Source: a virus. From it: 64,000 nucleotides of DNA. Positions within the stretch are counted from its first letter, which is position 1. Each line of letters begins with the position of its first letter. Under the pieces are notes generated by a model. It saw nothing but the letters and a program-made list of their open reading frames with translations. It searched no databases and was not told the DNA's origin. The stretch lies in IMG/VR virus record IMGVR_UViG_3300048854_000232, positions 230,600 to 294,599 of that record; one strand, written 5' to 3'. Below, one piece after another: positions 17,299 to 26,578 of this stretch. A program made the position numbers and the translations under genes.

Positions 17299-17916
17299 AT
17301 GTGGTTTAACAAGAAAGCCTCACCCGAGCCGGAACCCGAAGTCGTCAAAGAGCCGGGCACGGAAGTCGTGGTCGATTACGTACACCGGGTCTTTACCGGC
17401 GGTCTTCCCTTCACCTTGGATGCGCTACCTCGCACGGGTGTGCACGAGCACGTGCTGCTCGTGACCAAGGAAGAGGCCGAGCAGGTCGAGAACCACGTCG
17501 TCCTACAGGTTCGCCATAAGGACGATCACATTCCTGTGGTGCCGATCTACCTGATCAGTCGGCGCACTGAGGATGGCTCGGAGGGTCGGGCCTTCTGGAC
17601 CTACCGGCCGACCAGTAACACTCTGAGCCACGTTGACAATACCCGCCGCGCTGACTGGCTCAAGCTGCTGGTCGATTACCTGAATGGTCAGTTGGTCCCG
17701 CAGAATTGGCGTTGCATGAGTGGTGAGCTCGTGGACCGCTACGCTGCGGACGAAGCCGAAGAGAAGGGTGATAACCATCGCCTCTCCAAACACACAAGCG
17801 TGAGCATGCGTTATTTCCGCGAAGACCGATGGCGCTTTGATTTCCCAGCCCGACCCTGGGAAGCCGGCGTGCACAAGGTCGATGGCTTTCTACTGAAGCT
17901 CGACGGTTACGACTGA
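17299..17916 (+). CDS. hypothetical protein, YLxGQ paralog family
   Basis: contains LVDYLNGQLV. Confidence 0.65.
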   Translation: MWFNKKASPEPEPEVVKEPGTEVVVDYVHRVFTGGLPFTLDALPRTGVHEHVLLVTKEEAEQVENHVVLQVRHKDDHIPVVPIYLISRRTEDGSEGRAFWTYRPTSNTLSHVDNTRRADWLKLLVDYLNGQLVPQNWRCMSGELVDRYAADEAEEKGDNHRLSKHTSVSMRYFREDRWRFDFPARPWEAGVHKVDGFLLKLDGYD

Positions 17917-17949
17917 CCCCCTCTTACCACTCAACAAGGAAGCTACCCG

Positions 17950-18354
17950 TTGAAAACCAATCTCTACACCACCCCGCCCTTTGGGCCTCACCTGATCTCG
18001 CCGGGTACACCGCCCATTGGTGGGTTGATTTGGATCGATCGGCACATGCCGGTCCCCAAGCCTCCGGGCTCGATGCGGTTTCGCATGGCCTATGTGAACT
18101 ACCTGCTGACCGGCGATCGCTCCTACCTCAATTCCATCGAACGTTACGAGATGGAGCGGAAGTTGGTCTTTCCCGATCAGAAGACGCTGTCACCGACCGA
18201 CGCGGCTGAATCGCGTCAGTCGATCTGGCGGCAGAACTTCGATCACATGGAGTTGGAGCTGGTCTTGGATCACGGTCGAGAGATTCGTCTGATCCAGCAC
18301 AACCTCAAGTACATCAAGCTGATCGTCGGCGTTTGTTTGGAACGCACTGAATAA
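17950..18354 (+). CDS. hypothetical protein
   Basis: AAGGA RBS with TTG start. Confidence 0.6.
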   Translation: MKTNLYTTPPFGPHLISPGTPPIGGLIWIDRHMPVPKPPGSMRFRMAYVNYLLTGDRSYLNSIERYEMERKLVFPDQKTLSPTDAAESRQSIWRQNFDHMELELVLDHGREIRLIQHNLKYIKLIVGVCLERTE

Positions 18355-18381
18355 TCCACCACACAAGAAGGAAACCATCCC

Positions 18382-18723
18382 ATGGTCAATCGTGCTATGC
18401 CGCCGCATCCGGGTAAGGTGCTGAAAGAAGAGTTCCTGGAGCCGCTGAAGCTCTCCCGCGCCGAAGTCGCTCGTGAGACGGGCATTCCGTATGTGACCCT
18501 GACCCGCATCGTGGCGGGCAAGCTGGGTCTGAATGCTGACCAGGCCTTGCGTCTGGGCCGGTACTTCAAGAACGGCGAGCGGTTCTGGTTCGACCTGCAG
18601 TGCGAGTACGAGATCCGCCTGGCCAAGCGTGAGAGCTGGCAGGAGATCAAGGGCGAGGTCGCCCCGATCCTTTACTCGGTGGTCAAGAAGGCCGCCCGTG
18701 AGAAGGTTCGCCTGGAGGACTAA
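18382..18723 (+). CDS. higA: HigA-family antitoxin-like HTH protein
   Basis: PPHPGKVLKEEFLEPL...ALRLGRYF...FWFDLQ. Confidence 0.85.
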   Translation: MVNRAMPPHPGKVLKEEFLEPLKLSRAEVARETGIPYVTLTRIVAGKLGLNADQALRLGRYFKNGERFWFDLQCEYEIRLAKRESWQEIKGEVAPILYSVVKKAAREKVRLED

Positions 18724-19127
18724 TGGCCATGACTCGTCCCTCCATCCCTGTCATCTTAACACGGAGTTCCGCTGTGGCCACCACCAAGTCCAAGGTCAAG
18801 CCTTTCCCGAAAGCCAGCTACACCAAGCGGTACGGCTCCAACGTCCGTCCGGTCCATCCGGGGGAAATCCTCAAAGAGGAATACTTAGGGGAGCTGGGCA
18901 TCACGACCGACGAGTTGGCTCAGGCCATCGGCATCAGCGTGTTCGCGGTCAAGAGCATCCTGTTGAAGAAGCGCAAGGTCACCACGGAAATCGCGTTCCG
19001 TCTGGCCCGCTACTTCGGCACCACGATCGACCTGTGGATCAACCTGCAGGAAGCCTACGACGTGCGACGCTTCGAGCTGAACGCCGACTCGATGCAGGAC
19101 ATCCTGAACATCACTCCACGGAAGTAA
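18723..19127 (+). CDS. higA: second HigA-family antitoxin-like HTH protein
   Basis: PVHPGEILKEEYL...AFRLARYFGTTIDLWINLQEAYD. Confidence 0.85.
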   Translation: MAMTRPSIPVILTRSSAVATTKSKVKPFPKASYTKRYGSNVRPVHPGEILKEEYLGELGITTDELAQAIGISVFAVKSILLKKRKVTTEIAFRLARYFGTTIDLWINLQEAYDVRRFELNADSMQDILNITPRK

Positions 19128-19130
19128 CCC

Positions 19131-19598
19131 ATGGCCATTTCGCGTGCCAGTATCGAGCAGCTGTACCAGTTGTTTCGAAACACGGTAAACGAGGAGGCCA
19201 TGCCGACGTTCATGGCGGCTCTGGGGTACGCCCCGGACCGCCAGTTGGCGTTCTTTGATGACCATCCTTCCTGCATCTCCACGTTTTTCTTCGCCAACCT
19301 GGCCTGGGACCTCCGGATCCCAAAAGACAAACAGGCGGCGTTCGTCCAGCAGTTCATTGACGGTTTCAAGGCCAAGCGTGCCGAAGGTTTCTTTGTCACC
19401 GACGCGCTGACGATCTCCAAGCGAGTGGAGGTGCCGTTGGATACGTTCAACGAGTACCTGTTCGTCATGACCGGGTACGAGCAGCATTACCCGAAGATCT
19501 GGCACATCCAGCGCGAGAACCGCGGACTGTTGATGAATCGTATCTTGTCCAGTACCCGTAGCGGTCGCCGTCTTTACCGCCCACCTACCTACTATTAA
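19131..19598 (+). CDS. hypothetical protein
   Basis: 155 aa ORF directly after the higA pair. Confidence 0.65.
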   Translation: MAISRASIEQLYQLFRNTVNEEAMPTFMAALGYAPDRQLAFFDDHPSCISTFFFANLAWDLRIPKDKQAAFVQQFIDGFKAKRAEGFFVTDALTISKRVEVPLDTFNEYLFVMTGYEQHYPKIWHIQRENRGLLMNRILSSTRSGRRLYRPPTYY

Positions 19599-19610
19599 AA
19601 GGGATTTACC

Positions 19611-19847
19611 ATGAGCGAGTCTTTCACGATCTCTGCCGAGGACATGGCGTTGATTCACGATGCGCTGGACGATGCCCACCAGAACGCCGTCAATCGCGTC
19701 CTGGCGGTCAAGTTCGGTCCGGAGATGCCTTACCTGCGCTCCCAGGTGCCGAAGATGCGTGAGGCGCTGGAGCGGCTGGAGGCACACCTACCCGAAGAGG
19801 GACGTTGGCTCCTCAACGGTCGCAACCGTGAGGAAGCCGGCGTATGA
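19611..19847 (+). CDS. hypothetical protein
   Basis: 78 aa ORF with AAGGGA RBS. Confidence 0.6.
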   Translation: MSESFTISAEDMALIHDALDDAHQNAVNRVLAVKFGPEMPYLRSQVPKMREALERLEAHLPEEGRWLLNGRNREEAGV

Positions 19848-20113
19848 ACTACATCGACAAGCGGAACCTGCTCTGGGGACTCTTCTTCTTGGTGTTCTTT
19901 TTGATCTTGATCCTGATGCTGACGATCAAGACCAACAGCGTGCGAACGGTCTCTGATCCGGCCATCGCCAAGGAGATCTTCACCGCCTGCTCGGAGGGTG
20001 GCCAGAACAAAGACTCCGGGGTCTATGTCTCACGGAACCTGGAAACCTGTGCCGACATCGCCGTGCGGTTAAGTCAACGGCCCTACGATGAAGTGCCAAG
20101 GAAAACACCATGA
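19844..20113 (+). CDS. membrane-anchored small protein
   Basis: N-terminal TM helix and two Cys. Confidence 0.6.
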   Translation: MNYIDKRNLLWGLFFLVFFLILILMLTIKTNSVRTVSDPAIAKEIFTACSEGGQNKDSGVYVSRNLETCADIAVRLSQRPYDEVPRKTP

Positions 20114-20403
20114 AGGCCGGTAAGTTCTTGCTCAAGTACATGACCGCATTCGTGGCCTTATGCGCGATGGCTTTCGTGGTGGCGGTCTATGGCACGCCTT
20201 CCCAGGCGGCGCTGTTGGCCGCCGAACAAGACGCGATGCGTAACCAACACTGGACCCTGGTCATCGTCAGCGGTCGAGCAACGAGCGACAACTCCATGGC
20301 GACGGTTCCGGGCTTTTCTACCGGTAAGCAGTGTGCCGCTCAGGTGCCGGTGGTGATGGCGCGCCCACGTACCGCCGACGCGTACTGCGTCTTGGTCCAA
20401 TAG
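20110..20403 (+). CDS. exported small Cys-pair protein (paralog of 21781-22089)
   Basis: signal-like N-terminus; PGFSTGKQCAA...AYCV. Confidence 0.6.
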   Translation: MKAGKFLLKYMTAFVALCAMAFVVAVYGTPSQAALLAAEQDAMRNQHWTLVIVSGRATSDNSMATVPGFSTGKQCAAQVPVVMARPRTADAYCVLVQ

Positions 20404-20411
20404 GAGTACCC

Positions 20412-20774
20412 ATGAGCATTGCTAGCATTCGTCGGTATTTCAAGGCCGGACAAACGTTGGAGCCGCTGCAGTGGTCCTGGTTCCAAGCCAGTGTGGGTCT
20501 AGCGGCTGTGTTGATCGTGCTTTCGCACTGCTTTGTGATCATGTCCTCCGCGGCCATATGCCAGGCCTGGGTGGACATGTTCACTCACGTGCCCCAGAAC
20601 CTGAAGATCACGGACTGGTCGCCCCATGACGGCGTCGTAGCGGGGGCGCTGAAGCTGTTCGCTGTGGTCGTCTACGCGATCGGGATGTTCTGCCTACTGG
20701 TCGGTGCCTTTGTCATGATCATCCTGCCCTGGATGTGGTGGACGAACTACCGCAAGCGTTACAAACCACGATAA
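20412..20774 (+). CDS. membrane protein
   Basis: two TM segments; AGGAG RBS. Confidence 0.65.
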   Translation: MSIASIRRYFKAGQTLEPLQWSWFQASVGLAAVLIVLSHCFVIMSSAAICQAWVDMFTHVPQNLKITDWSPHDGVVAGALKLFAVVVYAIGMFCLLVGAFVMIILPWMWWTNYRKRYKPR

Positions 20775-20784
20775 CTCGGCAAAT

Positions 20785-20825
20785 GCCCCTCCCCATTTCG
20801 GGGAGGGGCCTGCTATGACTTTTTC
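20785..20825 (+). terminator. hairpin terminator
   Basis: GCCCCTCCCC-ATTTC-GGGGAGGGGC. Confidence 0.55.
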
Positions 20826-20913
20826 CTATTTGGCCTTTCGATGATGCTATGAGATGGAATGTCTCCACTCGCATCAAACCCGGCGTTTCTCGTACGCCAG
20901 AGGATCGATAGCC

Positions 20914-21693
20914 ATGCCCAAGCAGTCCACCAAACAGAAGCAACCCTCGTCCGACAAGTCGCGCCGTAGCACGCGCAACGGGCGCAAAGGGAGTGACAAT
21001 GTTGTCCCGATGGCGGCGTACGCGCCTTCCGAGGCAGCGAACGAGGATCGATCCGGTCCGCCCAAACTGAAGCCGATGAACAAGGCCCAGGGGCAGTACC
21101 TGACGACGATCCAAAGCAATCTGTTGACCCTGGGCACGGGCCCGGCGGGTACGGGCAAGACTTACGTGTGCACGGCGTACGCCGCCGAGCAGCTCATCGA
21201 CCGCAAGATCAGCAAGATCATCGTCACTCGTCCGGCGATCGAGGCCTCCGGTAAAGGTATGGGCTTTCTGCCCGGTTCGATCGAAGAGAAGTTCGCGCCG
21301 TATTTCGAACCCTTCCGTCGGATCCTGGTGAGCTACTTCGGCGAATCGAACCTGGAATACATGATCAAGAAGGGGCGCGTCGAGATCGCGCCGCTGGAAT
21401 ACCTTCGTGGTCTGACCTTCGAGAATGCCTTCGTGATCCTGGACGAGGCCCAGAACACCACCCCGGCGCAGATGAAGCTTTTCCTCACGCGCATCGGCGA
21501 GTACTCCACGGTGGTGGTCAACGGCGACACCGACCAGAAAGACATCAAGGGCCTGTCGGGCCTGGAAGATGCGATCCAGCGCCTGGGCGATTGCCCTGAC
21601 GTGGCACAGTTCGAGTTTACCGAACTGGATATCGTGAGAAGCGGTTTGGTCCGCGAGATCCTCAAGCGTTACCGCGTTGCGGCCAAGGCTTGA
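20914..21693 (+). CDS. phoH: PhoH-like ATPase
   Basis: GPAGTGKT, TRPA, GFLPG, LRGLTF, LDEAQN, FLTRIG, GDTDQ, IVRS. Confidence 0.95.
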   Translation: MPKQSTKQKQPSSDKSRRSTRNGRKGSDNVVPMAAYAPSEAANEDRSGPPKLKPMNKAQGQYLTTIQSNLLTLGTGPAGTGKTYVCTAYAAEQLIDRKISKIIVTRPAIEASGKGMGFLPGSIEEKFAPYFEPFRRILVSYFGESNLEYMIKKGRVEIAPLEYLRGLTFENAFVILDEAQNTTPAQMKLFLTRIGEYSTVVVNGDTDQKDIKGLSGLEDAIQRLGDCPDVAQFEFTELDIVRSGLVREILKRYRVAAKA

Positions 21694-21705
21694 TCGCTGT
21701 CACTT

Positions 21706-21735
21706 AAAAGCCCATCCTTTGGGGTGGGCTTTTTT
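21706..21735 (+). terminator. intrinsic terminator
   Basis: AAAAGCCCATCC-TTTG-GGGTGGGC followed by a T6 run. Confidence 0.8.
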
Positions 21736-21780
21736 GACGTCACTGTCTTTTGGTGTGTATGTAACCACTAAGGATGTTTC

Positions 21781-22089
21781 ATGGCAGCGCGCAAACCCTC
21801 CGGCTTCATAGTCGGACTGATCTTCCTCCTCCTGGTCATGATCGGCTGTGCCATCTCGATCGGTTGCTCCAACCGGGTGGCGGTAGTTGAACCTGCCTCA
21901 CCGGTGACGGTGGACGATGGTCCCAGCGACAGCGTGGTGACCTACACCCTGTTCGCCTACACCAATTCGGCCGGCGTCCTGACCTCCGATCCCGGCTACA
22001 CCAGCAAAGCGCGTTGTCTGGCGGCTGTTCAGGACCTCCAAGGCCAGCTCGACCGCGTTATCTTAACGGCGTGCGTACAACACCGGTAA
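21781..22089 (+). CDS. putative lipoprotein/exported small protein
   Basis: hydrophobic N-terminus with Cys; PGYTSKARCLAA...TACV. Confidence 0.6.
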   Translation: MAARKPSGFIVGLIFLLLVMIGCAISIGCSNRVAVVEPASPVTVDDGPSDSVVTYTLFAYTNSAGVLTSDPGYTSKARCLAAVQDLQGQLDRVILTACVQHR

Positions 22090-22095
22090 CCCGAG

Positions 22096-22131
22096 AGCTT
22101 GCCCCCTCGTGGGGCAGGCTTTTTTGCCGGT
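22096..22131 (+). terminator. intrinsic terminator
   Basis: AGCTTGCCCC-CTCGT-GGGGCAGGCT followed by TTTTTGCCGGT. Confidence 0.75.
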
Positions 22132-22142
22132 AGCTTTAAACG

Positions 22143-22170
22143 GTTTACAGACACACATTACCAAGAGTAA
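22143..22170 (+). promoter_or_regulatory. putative phage early promoter
   Basis: GTTTACAGACACACATTACCAAGAGTAA. Confidence 0.6.
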
Positions 22171-22188
22171 CCCACTAGGAGAGAATCT

Positions 22189-22614
22189 GTGTTCGAGATC
22201 CATCCGATCCATCCCAACGACATTGTTGAGCAGTGTCCGATCTTGCTGACCTACGAACTCTACGACGCTTCCTACGGCTTTGATGGCGTGGGCCTGAAGC
22301 AGGAGTACATGAGGGCTATCGACAGTGGGCAAAGCCCGCTGAACGCGATGTGGGTGGCCTACATGGGCCGTTACCCGGTCGGTGTGGCCACGGTGCAGTA
22401 CCTGGGGGCCGAACCGGTCTTGAATGTCTATGTCTCGGAAGCCTATCGGCGCCGCGGCTTGGGGAAACAGCTGATTGACCTGGCCAAGGGGTATTTGCCC
22501 CAGGTGGCGATGTACTACACCCAGACATCCGCCAACCTGGGCTTCACCTTAGGGGTGCCAATGGCCCAGCAGCAGCTCGAAGAACGTCAAGCCCGGCAAG
22601 CAAATCCCCGGTAA
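22189..22614 (+). CDS. GNAT-family acetyltransferase
   Basis: NVYVSEAYRRRGLGKQLI; AGGAG RBS with GTG start. Confidence 0.8.
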   Translation: MFEIHPIHPNDIVEQCPILLTYELYDASYGFDGVGLKQEYMRAIDSGQSPLNAMWVAYMGRYPVGVATVQYLGAEPVLNVYVSEAYRRRGLGKQLIDLAKGYLPQVAMYYTQTSANLGFTLGVPMAQQQLEERQARQANPR

Positions 22615-22804
22615 ACATACCCCCTCGTCTGTAAATTTCCTCCGACGAGGTCAATAGTTTGCCACTATGATCTGGGCGCTTTCCGCGTCCAGCCCCACCG
22701 AGGCGCTCTAGCTGACATTGTCGCTGGAGGCCTAACCCCACGTTTGCCCCACCACCCCTGGCAGATAGTGGACACACCTAAAACGTACAAAAGGAGCAAT
22801 ACCC

Positions 22805-22879
22805 ATGCCGACTCCGATTGGTAAGAGAATACCCTTACTGGTTGGATGTTTTGCACGCAAATCCCGAACTGCGAGATGA
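22805..22879 (+). CDS. possible 24-aa upstream ORF / leader peptide
   Basis: AAGGAG RBS then MPTPIGKRIPLLVGCFARKSRTAR*, ending 14 nt before the hydrolase ATG. Confidence 0.35.
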   Translation: MPTPIGKRIPLLVGCFARKSRTAR

Positions 22880-22893
22880 AGGATAATCATCCC

Positions 22894-23517
22894 ATGAAGC
22901 TTTTCTTTGTATCTTTGGCTGCGCTCCTTCTATCAGCGTGTGCACCCGTTCAATCCAAGTCCGTCAGCGATAAGCCGGTTGCCAATACGGTCACCCTGAC
23001 CCCGACCCTTCCTGCGATTCAGCCCGCCGTTGTCCAGGCTGTCCTAAAGGAGTCCATCACTCCTGTCCTCACGCTCCAACCTCCTCCACCCTCTGCGCTG
23101 AATTCGCGCGAAGTGGAGTGTATGGCTCAAGCCATGTACCACGAAGCCCGAGGAGAGGGCGATGTGGGAATGATTGGCGTCGGTTACACCGTCGTCAACC
23201 GCATGAAAGACTCCAAGTTTCCCGACACCGCCTGCGGGGTGGTCTACCAAGGGAAGCGCAACAAGGCGGGACGGCTACTCCCCCGACAATGTCAGTTCAA
23301 TTGGGCCTGTGACTCCAAAACGGATAAGCCCAAAGATCTGGCGACCTACCAACGGTCCACAGAACTTGCCAAACTCGTTCTCCTGGGATACGCGCCGAAC
23401 CCGATCGGGAAGCTGAAGTATTTCCGCGAAGCGAAACTGAAGTCCCACCCCAAGCAGCGCTATGCGTACCAAAAGCGCCTGGGCAATCATCTCTTCTACG
23501 CATTGGCCTCACGATAA
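22894..23517 (+). CDS. SleB/Hydrolase_2 cell wall hydrolase, probable lipoprotein
   Basis: CMAQAMYHEARGE, VVNR, FPDTACGVVYQ, CQFNW, LGNHLFY; lipobox LSAC. Confidence 0.9.
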   Translation: MKLFFVSLAALLLSACAPVQSKSVSDKPVANTVTLTPTLPAIQPAVVQAVLKESITPVLTLQPPPPSALNSREVECMAQAMYHEARGEGDVGMIGVGYTVVNRMKDSKFPDTACGVVYQGKRNKAGRLLPRQCQFNWACDSKTDKPKDLATYQRSTELAKLVLLGYAPNPIGKLKYFREAKLKSHPKQRYAYQKRLGNHLFYALASR

Positions 23518-23550
23518 GCAGCCCAAGCGGTAAAGAAGACAACGTACCCG

Positions 23551-23593
23551 AGTCCGTCCCTCCCCAGTTGGGAGGGCGGGCTTTTATACCGTT
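23551..23593 (+). terminator. intrinsic terminator
   Basis: GTCCGTCCCTCCC...GGGAGGGCGGGC followed by TTTTATACCGT. Confidence 0.7.
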
Positions 23594-23681
23594 AGCTGAT
23601 TATGTGCACCACCACGACCGACCAGCATAGTGCCTGGAGCCGGCGTGTACCTAGCAACACCTGATCCCCAATGAGAGAGCC

Positions 23682-24674
23682 ATGAAGAAGAAACCGAGTT
23701 ACCTGCATCTGCCTACCCGCTATCTGGCCTACCAGACTGACGCCTGGCATCCGCATCGCTTGATGTACAGCCTCCCTATCCGCGATCGCGGGTATTTGCA
23801 AGGTACGGATGTCGATTCCCCGCCAGTGATGATCCTGGACTGGATGGCCTCCGAGATGGAGCCGGGCACCCGAGCTCACGGCTACCGCTATGTCAAGGAC
23901 CGTGGGGGCATTGACCTTATTCACAACTTCCGTTTGGTCCGCTTTGAGACAGGCGAGTGCGAGGCGGAGTTCGAAACCTTCCAGGAGATGGTCTGGAAGT
24001 TCAAGCGCAACATCATGGAACTGCGCGATACACGTAGCAACGTGGTCTTCGCCAAGTGGCTGCGTCGCGAAGATCCCGCGCATGGGCCCATTTGGGTGCT
24101 GGAATGGGAGCTGACCAAGCAGACCAATCACCGGCTCGACGAACACCCCTCGACCTTGGCCGGTGAGATCTTCTCGCAGATGCGCTACCTGCTACGTCAA
24201 GTGCCGGCGGATAAGTTCGACTATGCCGACACACCCTACAACGGCGCGCAGGTGATCAATAGCTTGCCGCCGGCAGTGCACTTCTTCTGGCGCGATGTCT
24301 TCGGCAGCGATCCTCGCTTTTGCCATTGGCAGATCTTCGGCGGTCGCGATCACCAGGTCCCGGCCACGCCGGGTCAGCGCATGGTCTTCGCCTATCTGAA
24401 GATCCTCTCCGATCCGTACTGGCGTGCGCGTCACAGCGGTCTGACCCGCGAGGCGATGCAGGAACGCTTCTCTGTCATGATTCCGGTGAAACTGCGTAAG
24501 CTCATCGATGACTGCAAGGCCATCATGCAGCTTCATGATCCAGTGCCGGCCAACGCGGAGAGTCTCTTTCCTATCACCGCCAAGCGACCGAACGTGGATC
24601 CGTTCAACGGCGTCACCGACGATGCGTTGAGCGGGAGTCTGCCCGACTTCCTGACCCAGAACAATCGCTGGTAA
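23682..24674 (+). CDS. hypothetical protein
   Basis: 330 aa ORF between two terminators. Confidence 0.75.
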   Translation: MKKKPSYLHLPTRYLAYQTDAWHPHRLMYSLPIRDRGYLQGTDVDSPPVMILDWMASEMEPGTRAHGYRYVKDRGGIDLIHNFRLVRFETGECEAEFETFQEMVWKFKRNIMELRDTRSNVVFAKWLRREDPAHGPIWVLEWELTKQTNHRLDEHPSTLAGEIFSQMRYLLRQVPADKFDYADTPYNGAQVINSLPPAVHFFWRDVFGSDPRFCHWQIFGGRDHQVPATPGQRMVFAYLKILSDPYWRARHSGLTREAMQERFSVMIPVKLRKLIDDCKAIMQLHDPVPANAESLFPITAKRPNVDPFNGVTDDALSGSLPDFLTQNNRW

Positions 24675-24681
24675 CCCATAA

Positions 24682-24716
24682 AGCCCCTCCCTTTCCGGGA
24701 GGGGTCTTTTGCCGTT
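24682..24716 (+). terminator. intrinsic terminator
   Basis: GCCCCTCCC-TTTCC-GGGAGGGGT followed by CTTTTGCCGTT. Confidence 0.7.
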
Positions 24717-24772
24717 ACGTGAATCTCTACCGCCATCGCAAGATGGTACGACACTACCCAAGGACCGTTTCC

Positions 24773-26530
24773 ATGACCACGCCGTTTTCCACGCATATCG
24801 CCCAAGACATGGGTGACGTGCAGATCGATTCCCAGTTCCATGCCCTGGTCGACGCCATGCGCACTCGCGCCGTCGAGCTCCTGGAGAGCAACCACGGTCT
24901 CGTGTTCCAGACCCAGCTGCCGGGCCTGACGCTGGACAACGTGGAGTTCCATCCCGATGCCGCGAACCACCTGACGCCGGGTATGGAAGTGATGAGCGGC
25001 CGTGAGCGAATCATGGGCGTCTTCCTGGGCGCGCTCGATGAGAGCCTGCGTCAGCAGTACAACTGCAATGCCTGCGCCTCGTTCATGAAGAACTACGGCA
25101 ACCTGGCCATTGTCGAGTACGGTACCTGCCGCCTGCTCCCGCTGCTGTGGGATGTCGAGACGGCGCCGGAGATCTTCAAGCCCGGCGTACAGGCCGTGAT
25201 CAACCTGTTCGAAAAGGCCAAGATCGTCCGGGTGTTCTACACCGACGCGGAGTTCCTGGGCGAGCCGGTCAAGGGCGGTCACGAGCACATGGCCATTCCC
25301 ACCGGGGCCATGCGGGCGAAGCCGCTACGCTCCAAGACGGCCGGGGCGAACATGCAGGACAGCATCCAGACCCGAGAGCTCTTCGCTCGCTCGATCGGTC
25401 AGTTCTCCGATGAGCTGCTGGCCTCGGCCCTCAACCTCTTCCAGAACGACAAGCTGCTGATCTGCTACCCGCAGTTCGGTCAGTACCTGTCGACGTTCAT
25501 CCACTTCAAGGGCATTCTGCAGAAGGCCAAGGCCCCGGACCAGCCGGTGGGTACCTACACCCGTGCGATCTGGGCGGCGGTAGGCATGCTCCCGACCGGC
25601 GTGCTGCGGATCAAGAACTCGGTGCTGGGTCGCTTCTTGGAAGACCTCTCCAACGGCAAATCCATGGCCGAGTGCGTGAAGTCGTTCGGTGAAGATGTCC
25701 ATCCCTCGCAGTACAAGCGTCCGCAGGTGGCCCCTTCAGAAGGTACGATCGAGCAGGCTGAAAAGATCATTGCCGAGCTGGGTCTGACCACGGCCCTGGA
25801 ACGCCGCTTTGCCACCGAAGCGGATCTGCCCGATAGCGAAATCTTCTGGCGTCCGACGGTGGAAGCGTTCGCCGAAGCTGCACCGGCCCGCGTCTTCGGT
25901 CACCTGCAGGCCAAGGATGCGACGCCCAAGCCGGTCGGTGGTGCCCACGTCACCGATGCCGGGAAGATCACCTGGGAGCGGTTCCGTACCGAGATCCTGC
26001 CCAAGGCCAAGACCCTCGCGGTGGAACTCAGCCCGATCCGTCCCTACGCCTTCGGTGGCCTGTTCACCGCGGTCCATGCCGATGCCGGCCTGCTGCTCTC
26101 CTACGACCGCGACGAGCAGCGTAACCCGGTGAGCATGTACCTGTATGCCAACGGCGTACCGCCGCGGGCCATCGCTCTGGAAAGCTCCGGTGCAGGGATC
26201 ATCACCGTCCCGGTGCGTGCGATCATGTCCCGTCCGGAAGGCTGGTTCGGTGTGGAGAACCATCGCGAGCAGATGGACTTCCTGCTCCTGGAAGGCGCCC
26301 GTGAAACCAACAACGTCGGCTTGGGCCTGTTCCCGGATATCCTGCGTCGGGATCTGCATGGCGTGCGTTCGGTGATCGAGGCCTACTCCAACGGCGGTAA
26401 GCCGGACAACGTCGAGGACTCGATTGCGGGGCTGTGGTTGTCCCGCATCGGTGGCGAGATCGGCATTGAGCTGGTGATCACCAACCTGGAAGGCTTCAAG
26501 GTCCGTTACACTATCGACCGTTCCGTGTAA
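24773..26530 (+). CDS. large conserved hypothetical phage protein with CxxC
   Basis: RQQYNCNACASF, YKRPQ, ALERRFA, LHGVRSVIEAYS; AAGGA RBS. Confidence 0.8.
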   Translation: MTTPFSTHIAQDMGDVQIDSQFHALVDAMRTRAVELLESNHGLVFQTQLPGLTLDNVEFHPDAANHLTPGMEVMSGRERIMGVFLGALDESLRQQYNCNACASFMKNYGNLAIVEYGTCRLLPLLWDVETAPEIFKPGVQAVINLFEKAKIVRVFYTDAEFLGEPVKGGHEHMAIPTGAMRAKPLRSKTAGANMQDSIQTRELFARSIGQFSDELLASALNLFQNDKLLICYPQFGQYLSTFIHFKGILQKAKAPDQPVGTYTRAIWAAVGMLPTGVLRIKNSVLGRFLEDLSNGKSMAECVKSFGEDVHPSQYKRPQVAPSEGTIEQAEKIIAELGLTTALERRFATEADLPDSEIFWRPTVEAFAEAAPARVFGHLQAKDATPKPVGGAHVTDAGKITWERFRTEILPKAKTLAVELSPIRPYAFGGLFTAVHADAGLLLSYDRDEQRNPVSMYLYANGVPPRAIALESSGAGIITVPVRAIMSRPEGWFGVENHREQMDFLLLEGARETNNVGLGLFPDILRRDLHGVRSVIEAYSNGGKPDNVEDSIAGLWLSRIGGEIGIELVITNLEGFKVRYTIDRSV

Positions 26531-26578
26531 GGCTATGTCAGGGAGAGGGTTGTCCTCTCCCTGGTTCACTGGAGAACC

